Under the pieces are notes generated by a model that was given only the letters and a program-made list of their open reading frames with translations, had not been told where the DNA came from and ran no database searches. A program made the position numbers and the translations under genes. A stretch of DNA of 64,000 nt from Opitutales bacterium (GTDB lineage Bacteria > Verrucomicrobiota > Verrucomicrobiia > Opitutales > UBA953). The stretch spans positions 11,652 through 75,651 of the forward strand of contig JBIILC010000001.1 of the NCBI GenBank assembly GCA_044232865.1, read 5' to 3'. Numbering within the stretch: the stretch's first letter is position 1; each line of letters opens with the position of its first letter. Shown here piece by piece: positions 55,607-64,000 of the stretch.

Positions 55607-56485
55607 TCAGGCCAGACTGAGGTAGACTGCGGCCAGCAGAATCAAGGCCCCGATCAATCGGCGGGTCATGATGCTCCGGCCCACTTGTTTCTCTGAATTA
55701 GAGAACCAATGCCCGACGATCCACACCAACGCGACGCTCCAAAGGCCGCGGGTGTTGTAGAGAACGTTGGTGACCGTGACCTCTTGGTAGACCGCGATGC
55801 AGTAGGCGATACCCATGGCCTGAATGGTCAGCAGGAGCCCACCGCCGAAAGCCCAGATGACCATCGGGCGGGGCATCTGACTCAATGGTGCGGAGAAGAA
55901 CGGGATTAGCGCGAACGACAACGTTCCCACCGTCAGGAACATCACCGGGCCGAAATGGCCGAAACCGAAAGCCGGGACCCAAAGCTGCTGCATCACGTCC
56001 GTGGCGGCAAAGGCAATCGAGGCGAGAAAGGCAAAACCGACGCTGACGAGCAGTCGCTCACGGTTTGCACGCCACTCTCCGCCCAGCAAGGCTAAGGCCA
56101 GCGTCGTCAGGAAAGTGGCCACCCAGAGTTTCCATCCGAGTTGCTCACCGCCCGTCAGGAAGACTAGCAGTGCGACAAAGACGACCTTGGTGCCGAGCAC
56201 GGGGGTCGCGATGGAGATGTCCCCCCGGCTGATCGCGATAAAGGTGAAGACCTGACCGATGAAGAACGCGGTGCCCGCCAAGACTGCGTGGGTGATGTTA
56301 GTCGCCGTGAAGGGCTCGCCCCCATGAAGCAGCCAAGTCTGGAAAAGGACGGCCCCCATCAGGTTAACGATGAATAGGACCCGCCAAGGGTGGCCGCCAT
56401 CCATGGCCCGCTTGAGGGCCATCGCCGCGAGAGTGTAGCCCACAGCTGAGCAAAGAGGGATGATAATGGAGGCGGGAGAACGCAT
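55607..56485 (-). CDS. DMT/EamA family transporter
   Basis: 10-TM profile in two EamA-like halves. Start trimmed to ATG 56485. Confidence 0.7.
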   Translation of the reverse strand: MRSPASIIIPLCSAVGYTLAAMALKRAMDGGHPWRVLFIVNLMGAVLFQTWLLHGGEPFTATNITHAVLAGTAFFIGQVFTFIAISRGDISIATPVLGTKVVFVALLVFLTGGEQLGWKLWVATFLTTLALALLGGEWRANRERLLVSVGFAFLASIAFAATDVMQQLWVPAFGFGHFGPVMFLTVGTLSFALIPFFSAPLSQMPRPMVIWAFGGGLLLTIQAMGIAYCIAVYQEVTVTNVLYNTRGLWSVALVWIVGHWFSNSEKQVGRSIMTRRLIGALILLAAVYLSLA

Positions 56486-56573
56486 CAGGCAGGCCAGAAC
56501 GAACGCCCTTCCCTCCCCGCTGGCGAGACCGAAGCAAGAAAACCGCCCGACGGGCCAGCCATGACCTTGCCCC

Positions 56574-58427
56574 ATGCCCGCCTATGGGTACGCTGGAGCC
56601 ATGGGGCAATTTTCTTACAAAAACGAGGCTGTCGATCCGCACCGGAAGATTCTCTCCGAGCAGCTTGTCATGGACCTGGAGCATGTCGCTGAGACCCCCT
56701 TGCTCGCCCTCGCCAAGCAGATTCCCGGCGGCTACATCCACCGCAAACCCTTCCTGCGCGACGCCAAGTGGCTGTTCAAGAAACGCCTGGGCCACTTGGC
56801 CTTGGATGCGACTGCCATCGCCGAGCACCTTCCTTGGTACGCCGAGGCCCTGAAGTGCGAAAAGGCGAAGCTACTCGAGCACCTAGACGAACTCGCTAGC
56901 GCCATCGGCGGCCCACGCACCGCCCTGCTGTGCGTCCTCTGGAATAATAAGGCCGAACAGAAGGACGCCGCCCTGCCCGCGGACCTCCTCCCCCGCCTAC
57001 TAGCCAACGCCAAAGCGCAGGCCAACAAGCCTGAAACCAAAGCATGGAAGTCGGCCATGGCCAAGCTCGGTGGTGCGACGGAAAAGGAACCGCTCGACTC
57101 CGTCGATGCCCTTGACTCCGCCGGCAAGACCGTCCGTCGACTACTGCAGGAACTCTCCCAAGGCAAAGCCGCGCGCGAAAACGAAGGACGACAGATTCGC
57201 CGCCAGCATGCCAACGAACTCGAAGCAAAAGACGTTGAAATCCGCAAGGCCCGCGAGGATGCGGGACGTCAGGTCCAGGAAGCCGCCAAGCAGGCCGCCG
57301 CGCTCGAGGCGAACATCGTGGCCCTGAATGCCAAGCTGACGGCGGAAGAAACCGAAGTTGCCCGCCTGCGTGGCGAGCTGGATCGTGCCCGCGAACACGT
57401 GGCTAAGAGGGCCCGCGAAATCGCCGAAGAACTCCTCTCCGAGGAAATCCGTCCTTGGCTGGCCGACGCGCGTACCTTGAAGTCCGCTTCTGAAGAAGTG
57501 GCCAAGCTCCGCCAGCTCACCACGGAGACCGTCGAGAAGGTCCGCAAGGCCCAGCGCGACGCCGACCCCTTTCTCGCCAAGGAGCATGAACTCCGCCAGG
57601 CCATCCCGCAGATGGAGGAGATGCTCAAGCTGCTCCGCCGTTACCTACGCACCGCCGGGCAGGCCCTGCCGGAAGTCGTCGCCCTCGAGAAGCGCCTCAC
57701 GGAGCACATCGAGAAGGTCCGCTACGAACTCGAGAAGCGCGACCAGCCCTCCGATCCCTTCCTCGAGCGCATCTCGGCCAAGATCAACGGCGCCGATGCG
57801 CGTGAGTTGAAATCAATCGAAAGCGCCCTCCTCCTTGCCGAGGAGTCCGGCCTCGTCGACTCGCGCCACGCGGACCTTTATCGTCGCGACATCCATCGCC
57901 GCCGTTCCTACATGGCGGACCGCGCTTTCCACGAGCAGAAGCAGTCTGGGCCGCTCGCGTTACTTGAGCGGGCGGTGGCCACCGGCGAGAAGGCCCGCCT
58001 CGCTCTCGATGCCAACAACTTCGCCTGTCTTCGCCAAGATTACCTTGGCCTGCGCCTGACGGCGAAGAAGAACGCCCAAGGCGAAAGCCGCTTCATGCTC
58101 GACACCGCCGCCCGCCAGAAAGTCGTCCAACTCGCCGAGAAGCTGGCCGACGATGCGCCCGGCCTCCACGTATGGGTGAGTTTCGACGGCCAGCAGACGG
58201 CGCTCAAGACGACCAACTCGCGCGTGCGGGTTACCTTCAGCCGCGCCGGCGCCAAGGCCGATCATGACATCATGGACCTGGTCGCCAAGGACAAGACCGT
58301 GGAGGCGCCGTGGTTCGTCGTCAGCGACGACATCGAAGTACGTGACGCCACCGCCCGCGAAGGCGCCTACATCATCTACAACGACGCGCTGATCCAGCTC
58401 CTGGTCAACCGCGGCATCCGCGCGTAA
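56574..58427 (+). CDS. large coiled-coil protein with C-terminal YacP/Rae1-type NYN domain
   Basis: About 250 aa of heptad-rich E/K/R/A/L sequence. The C-terminal ~160 aa reads RLALDANNFACLRQ...LHVWVSFDGQ...VRVTFSRAGAKADHDIMDLV...WFVVSDDIEVRDATAREGAYIIYNDALIQLL, collinear with the YacP (NYN_YacP) pattern. Confidence 0.55.
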   Translation: MPAYGYAGAMGQFSYKNEAVDPHRKILSEQLVMDLEHVAETPLLALAKQIPGGYIHRKPFLRDAKWLFKKRLGHLALDATAIAEHLPWYAEALKCEKAKLLEHLDELASAIGGPRTALLCVLWNNKAEQKDAALPADLLPRLLANAKAQANKPETKAWKSAMAKLGGATEKEPLDSVDALDSAGKTVRRLLQELSQGKAARENEGRQIRRQHANELEAKDVEIRKAREDAGRQVQEAAKQAAALEANIVALNAKLTAEETEVARLRGELDRAREHVAKRAREIAEELLSEEIRPWLADARTLKSASEEVAKLRQLTTETVEKVRKAQRDADPFLAKEHELRQAIPQMEEMLKLLRRYLRTAGQALPEVVALEKRLTEHIEKVRYELEKRDQPSDPFLERISAKINGADARELKSIESALLLAEESGLVDSRHADLYRRDIHRRRSYMADRAFHEQKQSGPLALLERAVATGEKARLALDANNFACLRQDYLGLRLTAKKNAQGESRFMLDTAARQKVVQLAEKLADDAPGLHVWVSFDGQQTALKTTNSRVRVTFSRAGAKADHDIMDLVAKDKTVEAPWFVVSDDIEVRDATAREGAYIIYNDALIQLLVNRGIRA

Positions 58428-58431
58428 ACAA

Positions 58432-58457
58432 GACGGGCGCATCCTGCGATGCGCCCG
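58432..58457. terminator. hairpin between convergent genes
   Basis: acgggcgcatc-ctgc-gatgcgcccgt, an 11-bp stem. An A7 run follows on the plus strand; cttgttt follows on the minus strand. Confidence 0.5.
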
Positions 58458-58479
58458 TGAGGCAAAAAAAGGACCCGGC

Positions 58480-59580
58480 TTATTTCTTCTTCTTGGCCGG
58501 CGCAGCCGTCAGAGGCGGCGGGAGCACGCCGGCGAAATCCTCGGCCTTCAGGCCGGGGTGGAACATGTTGAAGGAATACTTGCTGGGCTTCCATTCCACA
58601 AGCGGAGTGACGTCAGCCTTGGCGGGCACTTCGAGGCCGAGGCCCCAGAAGACGCCGTTGACGAGGAGACGGCGGAGCGATTCGTCGGCGAGGTCGCTCG
58701 CCGAAGCCATCGTGGTGGTGAAGACGCGATTCTTGGTGTTACCGGCGTTAGGGACTTCGCGGGTCCAGGCGACGGCCATCGCGGGCGAATTGACGCCCTG
58801 CTCCTGCTTATCGGTCGCGCGCTTCTTCGCGCGCTCGCTCAGCGGGTCCTGCGGATTCATGCCCTTGAGCACCAATCCGCGAAGGAGGATCTGCGCATCG
58901 GCGGGCGGGTAAGCCTCGTAGACATCGGTGTCGCCGAAGATGACGCCGACGCCGTTGAGGATCGCGAGCTTCTCGGCACCGGCTTCGACGGCGGTGCGGG
59001 TCGCTTCGCCCTTGTGGTTACCCCAGTGGCTGACCCAGGTCTCGCCGAGCACGTTCTTACCAAAGCCTCCTTTGTTGTTCCAGTTATAGGCGACGAAGGC
59101 GCTGTCCTTCGGGATGCCGGAGAAAGCATGCGTGCTCGTGCGGGTGGCGACGATCGGCACGCCGCGCTTGATGGCGGCGTCGAACTTCGCGAGAGCACCG
59201 TCATTCCACTTACGGAAACGTAAACCGAGCACGAGGGCGTCGGCAGTGTCGAGGGCCTCGGGCTTGCCCAGGGAGGCACCGTTGTTCGGATTGATCACGC
59301 CGTCGTCATGGGAGAAGAGGACGGTACATTTGAAGCCATGGCGCTCGGAGAGAATGCGGGCGAGCATCGGCAAGGCTTCTTCGGAGCGATATTCTTCGTC
59401 GCCGACAAGGAGCACGACGTGTTTGCCAGCGCCCGGGCCTTTGCTCGCAGGGAACTCGAGCCAACCGGGGCCGGAAGTAAAGGCCTCCGCAGCGACGGCC
59501 GGGAGAGCAAGGACAAGGGCGGCCAAGGCGGCCCAGAGATGGAGATGACGCTTCATGGGGTAAGACACGGAAGACTGCAC
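58480..59580 (-). CDS. ThuA-like domain protein (class-I glutamine-amidotransferase-like fold), secreted
   Basis: Signal peptide, then HVVLLVGDEEYRSEEALPMLARILSERHGFKCTVLF...ADALVLGLRFRKW...GVPIVATRTSTHAF. This pattern is seen in PVC ThuA-domain proteins. Confidence 0.55.
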   Translation of the reverse strand: MQSSVSYPMKRHLHLWAALAALVLALPAVAAEAFTSGPGWLEFPASKGPGAGKHVVLLVGDEEYRSEEALPMLARILSERHGFKCTVLFSHDDGVINPNNGASLGKPEALDTADALVLGLRFRKWNDGALAKFDAAIKRGVPIVATRTSTHAFSGIPKDSAFVAYNWNNKGGFGKNVLGETWVSHWGNHKGEATRTAVEAGAEKLAILNGVGVIFGDTDVYEAYPPADAQILLRGLVLKGMNPQDPLSERAKKRATDKQEQGVNSPAMAVAWTREVPNAGNTKNRVFTTTMASASDLADESLRRLLVNGVFWGLGLEVPAKADVTPLVEWKPSKYSFNMFHPGLKAEDFAGVLPPPLTAAPAKKKK

Positions 59581-59623
59581 CGACGGTAGTGGGTTTCAAG
59601 CGCCCTGTTGGGCGGCACCCCTA

Positions 59624-60178
59624 TCATTTCCGCTCTTTCGACCCATCCTTCTTCGCCGGAGCCGAAGAAAATGGGTCGGGACGGATCGTCTCGCGACGGC
59701 CATCAGAATAAGTCGTCACCTGGTTGCCGAACGGATCGGTGCGCGTCGTGGCACGCGTTCCGTCGCTGTAACTCGTGGTCGATCCGCCGAACGGATCGGG
59801 CCGGGTGGTCGCCGTCACACCATTGCTGTAGCGGGTCGTCGAGCCACCGAAAGGATCCGTCCGGGTCGAACCGGTGACGCCGTTGCTGTAGCGCGTGGAA
59901 GAGCCGCCGAAGGGGTCGGGCGTCGTCACGGCGGTCACGCCGTTATCGTAACGGGTCTGGGTGCGACCGAACGCATCGGTGCCCTTGACGCCGGACTTTG
60001 GAGCTTCGCCCGTGCGGGGCGCGACCTTGACCTCCGCCGCTGGCTTAGCTTCCGGCTTCGCCGCCGGCTTGACCTCAGCTCGGGCCGAGTCCTTACGGGC
60101 GGCGTCCTTCTTCGGATCGACCGGTGCTGCGAAGAGCACCGCGGCGCCCAGGGTGCCAAGGAGGAGGAACGTCTTCAT
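59624..60178 (-). CDS. secreted repeat protein (five and a half 20-aa DPFGG-x3-Y-S-N/D-G repeats)
   Basis: From ATG 60178: signal MKTFLLLGTLGAAVLFAAP, a Lys/Ala/Pro-rich linker, then DAFGRTQTRYDNGVTAVTTP / DPFGGSSTRYSNGVTGSTRT / DPFGGSTTRYSNGVTATTRP / DPFGGSTTSYSDGTRATTRT / DPFGNQVTTYSDGRRETIRP / DPF. Confidence 0.6.
   Translation of the reverse strand: MKTFLLLGTLGAAVLFAAPVDPKKDAARKDSARAEVKPAAKPEAKPAAEVKVAPRTGEAPKSGVKGTDAFGRTQTRYDNGVTAVTTPDPFGGSSTRYSNGVTGSTRTDPFGGSTTRYSNGVTATTRPDPFGGSTTSYSDGTRATTRTDPFGNQVTTYSDGRRETIRPDPFSSAPAKKDGSKERK
59669..59977 (-). repeat. 60-bp tandem repeat (about 5.2 copies), in-frame coding
   Basis: Units on the plus strand begin ccgaa(c/a/g)gg(a/g)tc at 59727, 59787, 59847 and 59907, a period of exactly 60 bp. 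Copies have diverged at many positions. Confidence 0.8.
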
Positions 60179-60230
60179 GGGGATGATTCTATTAGAAACC
60201 AAAGAAGGGCGGACACAAGCCACGGTCTCG

Positions 60231-60272
60231 TGAAAACAAGAAGGGCGGGCACCTCTCGGTGCCCGCCCTTCT
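60231..60272 (-). terminator. intrinsic terminator after the DUF1501 gene
   Basis: Minus strand reads aagggcgggcacc-gaga-ggtgcccgccctt followed by cttgttttc. Confidence 0.7.
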
Positions 60273-60292
60273 GTTGGTACGACCGAAGTCGC

Positions 60293-61681
60293 TTAGGCGA
60301 TGACCTTATCGACGACCTTACCGAAGTTGTCGGTGAGGCGGAAGTCGCGGCCGTTGTAGCGGAACGTGAGCTTGGTGTGGTCGAAGCCGAGGAGGCGCAG
60401 GATCGTGGCGTGCAGGTCATGCACGTCGACGCCGTCAGCAGCGACCTGGGAGCCGATTTCGTCGGTCTCGCCGTAGTGCATGCCGCCCTTGACGCCGCCG
60501 CCAGCCATCCAGCAACAGAAAGCCTTGCCGTGGTGGTCGCGACCAGAAGCTGCGTTGACGCGGCCCGCGGTGGTCGGGGTGCGGCCGAATTCTCCGCCCC
60601 AGATGATGAGAGTCTCGTCGAGGAGACCGCGCTGCTTGAGGTCGGCGATGAGGGCGGCAGCCGGGCCGTCGATGGCTTCAGCCTTACCAGCGATCGCCGT
60701 GAAGAGATTCGTGTGGTGGTCCCAACCGCCGGCATCGACTTGGACGAAGCGGACGCCGCGTTCGACGAGGCGACGGGCACAGAGGAGCTTGGCGCCGAGG
60801 TCGGACTTACCGTACATCTCGCGGGTCTTTTCGGACTCCTTGGAGATGTCGAAAGCGTCGGTCGCGGCGGTCTGCATGCGGAACGCGAGTTCGAAGGACT
60901 CGATGCGGGCCTCAAGCTGCTCGTCCTTCTGGACGGTCTGCATGTGGCGCTCGTTCAGCTGGCGGACGAGGTCGAGCTGCTTGCGCTGCGCGTCCTGCGT
61001 GGTGAATTCGCTCTGGAGGTTGGCGATGATCTTATTCGCCGGGGCACCCGGACGGAACGAGGTGCTCGCACCCTGGAAGAGGGACGGAAGGAAGGCCGAA
61101 GCGCGGGCGTCGGAGCTGCCACCGAGGGAGACGAAGCCGGGGAGATCCTGACTTTCGGTACCGAGACCGTAGAGGACCCAGGCGCCGAGGGAAGGCTTGG
61201 AGAGAATCGCCGAGCCGGTGTGCATGAGCTTGGCGGCCGGACCGTGAGCCGGGAGATCCTGGTGGAGCGAGCGGATGACGCACATCTCGTCGGCCACGCC
61301 CTGGAGCTTCGGGAAGATTTCGCTGATCTCGAGGCCGGACTTGCCGGACTTCTTGAACTCGAAGGGAGTCGGGAAGAGGACGCCGTTCATGCCGGAAGCG
61401 GACATGTCAGCGAGTTCCTTCATCTTCGGCTTCGGATCGAAAGTGTCGAGGTGCGAGGGAGCGCCGCCTGCGAAGATGTGGATGACGTGCTTCGCCTTGG
61501 CGGCGAGGGGAGCCTTGCGCGGCTTGAGATTGGCCATGACCTCGGCGTGAGCGTCGCTGACCATGTACTCGGACACCATGGTGCCGAAGGCGAGGGTGCC
61601 CATGCCGAGACCGGTCTGGCGCAGGAAGTCTCGACGGGAGTTGGCGGTCGGCACGTAATTACCGCAGTTGGAGTCTTTCAT
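60293..61681 (-). CDS. DUF1501 domain protein (sulfatase-like fold, Tat signal)
   Basis: Tat motif SRRDFLRQTGLGMGTLAFG, then IFAGGAPSHLDTFDPKP and GGEFGRTP, which are typical of DUF1501. Confidence 0.88.
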   Translation of the reverse strand: MKDSNCGNYVPTANSRRDFLRQTGLGMGTLAFGTMVSEYMVSDAHAEVMANLKPRKAPLAAKAKHVIHIFAGGAPSHLDTFDPKPKMKELADMSASGMNGVLFPTPFEFKKSGKSGLEISEIFPKLQGVADEMCVIRSLHQDLPAHGPAAKLMHTGSAILSKPSLGAWVLYGLGTESQDLPGFVSLGGSSDARASAFLPSLFQGASTSFRPGAPANKIIANLQSEFTTQDAQRKQLDLVRQLNERHMQTVQKDEQLEARIESFELAFRMQTAATDAFDISKESEKTREMYGKSDLGAKLLCARRLVERGVRFVQVDAGGWDHHTNLFTAIAGKAEAIDGPAAALIADLKQRGLLDETLIIWGGEFGRTPTTAGRVNAASGRDHHGKAFCCWMAGGGVKGGMHYGETDEIGSQVAADGVDVHDLHATILRLLGFDHTKLTFRYNGRDFRLTDNFGKVVDKVIA

Positions 61682-61754
61682 TGGGGGTATTTGGTTAGGA
61701 TTAAATATGGGGGGGGATTTTGAATATTCAAACTAGATAACGAGTGTAAGGTGA

Positions 61755-64000
61755 TCAATTCAGGTACACGAATTCGTTCGAGCAGACCATTGACTGGGCC
61801 AGCATGACCCAGGGGTTGGAAGGCACCTTCCGGTCGACCTTTTCCGTGTTATTCACGATTTTTCCGCCTTGAACCGAGGTTTCGATCTTCACCTCGGGGG
61901 CGGACTTGGTGGCAACGGCCGCGGCGACCTTGGCCTTAGCCTTGGCCTTGGCGACCTTATCGGCCTTAGGCGAGACGGGCGGCTCGTCGATATAGCCGGC
62001 GATGCGGGCGACGAACTCGCGGGCGATCTGGCGCTCCTGCACGGTCGGCGAACGCTGGTACATGATGCGGTAGAGCTGAGTCACGCGCTCGTCGTCGGAA
62101 CTGGCCTTGGTCATCTCGGGGCGAGCGTTGACGTTACGGGCGACCTCAACGGCCAGCGGATTGTTCATGAAGAACAGGGCCTGCTGCGGGACGATGGTGG
62201 AGCCGCGGGTCGAGTTCGCCATGTTGGGATCGGCGAAGTCGAACTGGGATTGGAATTCGCTGAGCTTATCGCGATCGATGAAGCCGTAGATGGTGCGACG
62301 ATAGCTGTAGGGCTCGTCGCTGATATTGACCGCGCGGCCGCCGAGGGCGCGGTCGAGTTTACCGGAGAGAAGCAGCATCGAATCGCGGATGGACTCGAAG
62401 TCCAGGCGACGGAGGTTCGCATGCCAAAGCAGTTTATTGGCTGCGTCGATCTTCATGGGATCGACGGACGCCTTCTGCACGACGAGCGGGTTGGTGTTCG
62501 GATTAGCCGACTGACGGTAGGCCGCCGAGAGCAAGATCTTCTTGTGCATCTTCTTGATTGACCAGCCGCCTTCGACGAAGGTGGTGGCCATCCAGTCGAG
62601 GAGCTCGGGGTGGCTCGGGGCTTCGGACATGTTGCCGAAGTCGTCCGGCGAGGTCACGATGCCGACGCCGAAGTGGTGCATCCAGAGGCGATTCACCAGA
62701 ACGCGGGCCGTGAGCGGATTGGTACGGCTGGCAATGGCCAGGGCGAGTTCGCGACGGCCGCTACCTTCGTAGAAAGGCAGGCGGTCGGGGCCGGCGAGCA
62801 CTTCGAGGAATTGGCGAGGGACGACCGGTCCGCGCTTATTACGGTCGCCGCGGATGTACACGTAGCTGTCGCGCGGCTTCTCGACGTCGGTGACCACCAT
62901 CGCCGTGCCGGGGCCGCCGGGGTGCGTGATGTCGAGCGCGTTGATGTCGGAGAACTTGAAGTACTTCGCGGGCATGTTGTTATTGACGAAGGTTGCGGCT
63001 ATCGGCAACTGCCAGCTCTCGCAGAAGTCGCGACTCGTGGTCGCGCGCTCGAGGAGCGAGACGGTGGAGATGTCCTCGACGTTGGGCAGGGGCCAGGGGA
63101 AGGCGGCGAGCTGGGCGACGGACGGGTCGTCCTTGTCGCCCTTGCGACCCGGCTGACTGCGCAGCTGGATGTGCGCCACGATCTTATCGCGGTTCTTCTT
63201 GAACATCGCTTGGTAGGCGAAGGCGACTTCTTCGAGGGACTTAGGCTTGAGACCGCGGAGGCCGTCGGCGACGAGCGGGTTGACCGGGATCTTCTTATCA
63301 GCCAAGGCGGCTTCGATGATGGCAGGAGCCTGCTTCTCGAAATTGTCGGGGCTGAGCTTCTTGAGACGGACGAGCAGCCCGGTGATCGGGTGATCGGGGC
63401 GGTTCATCGAACCAGCGAAGGAGGTACCCAGTTCGCGGCTCTCACCCATGTCGAACTTCTTCAGGATATCGAAGCCCGCGGTGCTGCGGAACCCGCCGGA
63501 CAACGCGGAGAGAGCGCGCGGAGCGAACTCACGGTGGTAGGCCGCCTGCATGCCCGCGAGGTGCTTGTAGTAGCCGCCAGCGGTGGTGTTGATCAGCTCG
63601 GCGAGCTTTTTCTCGTAGTCGGCGCGATAGGCATTGGTCGGCGCGTTATTGCCGACGAGGAGGGGGTCACGGACGACCGGATTCTGCTGGGGCTCGATGA
63701 CGGAGGCGAAGATGCCGTGAAGGGAGTAGTAGTCAGCGGCCGGGATCGGGTCGAACTTGTGGTCGTGACAACGCGAGCAGGATACGGTCAGGCCGAGGAA
63801 GCCCTTGGTCGTCGCATCGATGCGCTCGTCGATGGTGTCGTCATTATTCTGGAAACGCTTCCCGACGGTGATGAAGCCGAGGGCGGCGAGGCGCGCGTCG
63901 TCCTTAGCCAGGTCCGGCAGACGGTCGGCGGCGAGCTGCTCGATGATGAACTGGTCGTAAGGCTTATCGGTATTGAACGCGTCGATGACGTAGTCGCGAT
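61755..64000 (-). CDS. DUF1549/DUF1553 domain protein (PSD1-like), 5' end beyond the window
   Basis: The reading frame stays open upstream of the track Met (63551) to the window edge. My translation of 63552-64000 includes CSRCHDHKFDPIPAADYYSLHGIF, the DUF1549 signature. The C-terminal part matches the DUF1553 pattern. Paired with DUF1501, as is usual. Confidence 0.85.
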   Translation of the reverse strand, partial: RDYVIDAFNTDKPYDQFIIEQLAADRLPDLAKDDARLAALGFITVGKRFQNNDDTIDERIDATTKGFLGLTVSCSRCHDHKFDPIPAADYYSLHGIFASVIEPQQNPVVRDPLLVGNNAPTNAYRADYEKKLAELINTTAGGYYKHLAGMQAAYHREFAPRALSALSGGFRSTAGFDILKKFDMGESRELGTSFAGSMNRPDHPITGLLVRLKKLSPDNFEKQAPAIIEAALADKKIPVNPLVADGLRGLKPKSLEEVAFAYQAMFKKNRDKIVAHIQLRSQPGRKGDKDDPSVAQLAAFPWPLPNVEDISTVSLLERATTSRDFCESWQLPIAATFVNNNMPAKYFKFSDINALDITHPGGPGTAMVVTDVEKPRDSYVYIRGDRNKRGPVVPRQFLEVLAGPDRLPFYEGSGRRELALAIASRTNPLTARVLVNRLWMHHFGVGIVTSPDDFGNMSEAPSHPELLDWMATTFVEGGWSIKKMHKKILLSAAYRQSANPNTNPLVVQKASVDPMKIDAANKLLWHANLRRLDFESIRDSMLLLSGKLDRALGGRAVNISDEPYSYRRTIYGFIDRDKLSEFQSQFDFADPNMANSTRGSTIVPQQALFFMNNPLAVEVARNVNARPEMTKASSDDERVTQLYRIMYQRSPTVQERQIAREFVARIAGYIDEPPVSPKADKVAKAKAKAKVAAAVATKSAPEVKIETSVQGGKIVNNTEKVDRKVPSNPWVMLAQSMVCSNEFVYLN

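Noticed and set aside
59669-59977. CRISPR array or DGR-type template/variable repeat
   Set aside because: The only regular tandem repeat in the window has a 60-bp period with no unique spacers. It lies in-frame within a signal-peptide ORF. No cas genes or reverse transcriptase are nearby.

Overview
High-GC (roughly 60-65% by eye) chromosomal segment. Gene content points to the PVC superphylum, most likely a Verrucomicrobiota/Opitutae-like organism. Supporting this are a DUF1549/DUF1553 + DUF1501 pair, a ThuA-like protein, a DapL-type aminotransferase, many Gfo/Idh/MocA + TIM-barrel modules and a sialidase operon. I support about 58 protein-coding genes and 5 scattered single tRNA genes: Leu-CAA, Asn-GTT, Val-GAC, Arg-CCT and Phe-GAA. 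I see no rRNA, CRISPR array, IS element or prophage. Recognisable blocks:
- tandem ammonium transporters
- a five-gene sialic-acid operon (two permuted mutarotases, MFS, NanA lyase, GH33 sialidase)
- housekeeping genes eno, yebC, yidC, pyrE, cimA, panC and HU
- an msbA-like/GT9 envelope array
- a xylAB + Gfo/TIM-barrel sugar operon

The signals I consider most worth follow-up:
1. An unannotated 29-codon Ile-rich leader ORF plus mutually exclusive hairpins upstream of citramalate synthase. This looks like an attenuator.
2. An AsmA-like giant envelope protein translationally coupled to a BtuCD/FecCD-type ABC module that has no binding protein.
3. Two sigma-54 promoter matches with identical geometry, each 16 nt before the ATG of one of the tandem amt paralogs. 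There is no glnK.
4. A MerR-like + vWA two-gene cassette bracketed by terminators.
5. A coiled-coil protein with a C-terminal YacP-type NYN nuclease domain, and a NYN-LOTUS protein next to tRNA-Arg.
6. A secreted protein built from 20-aa (60-bp) tandem repeats.

Every family assignment is motif recognition by eye. No database search was run.
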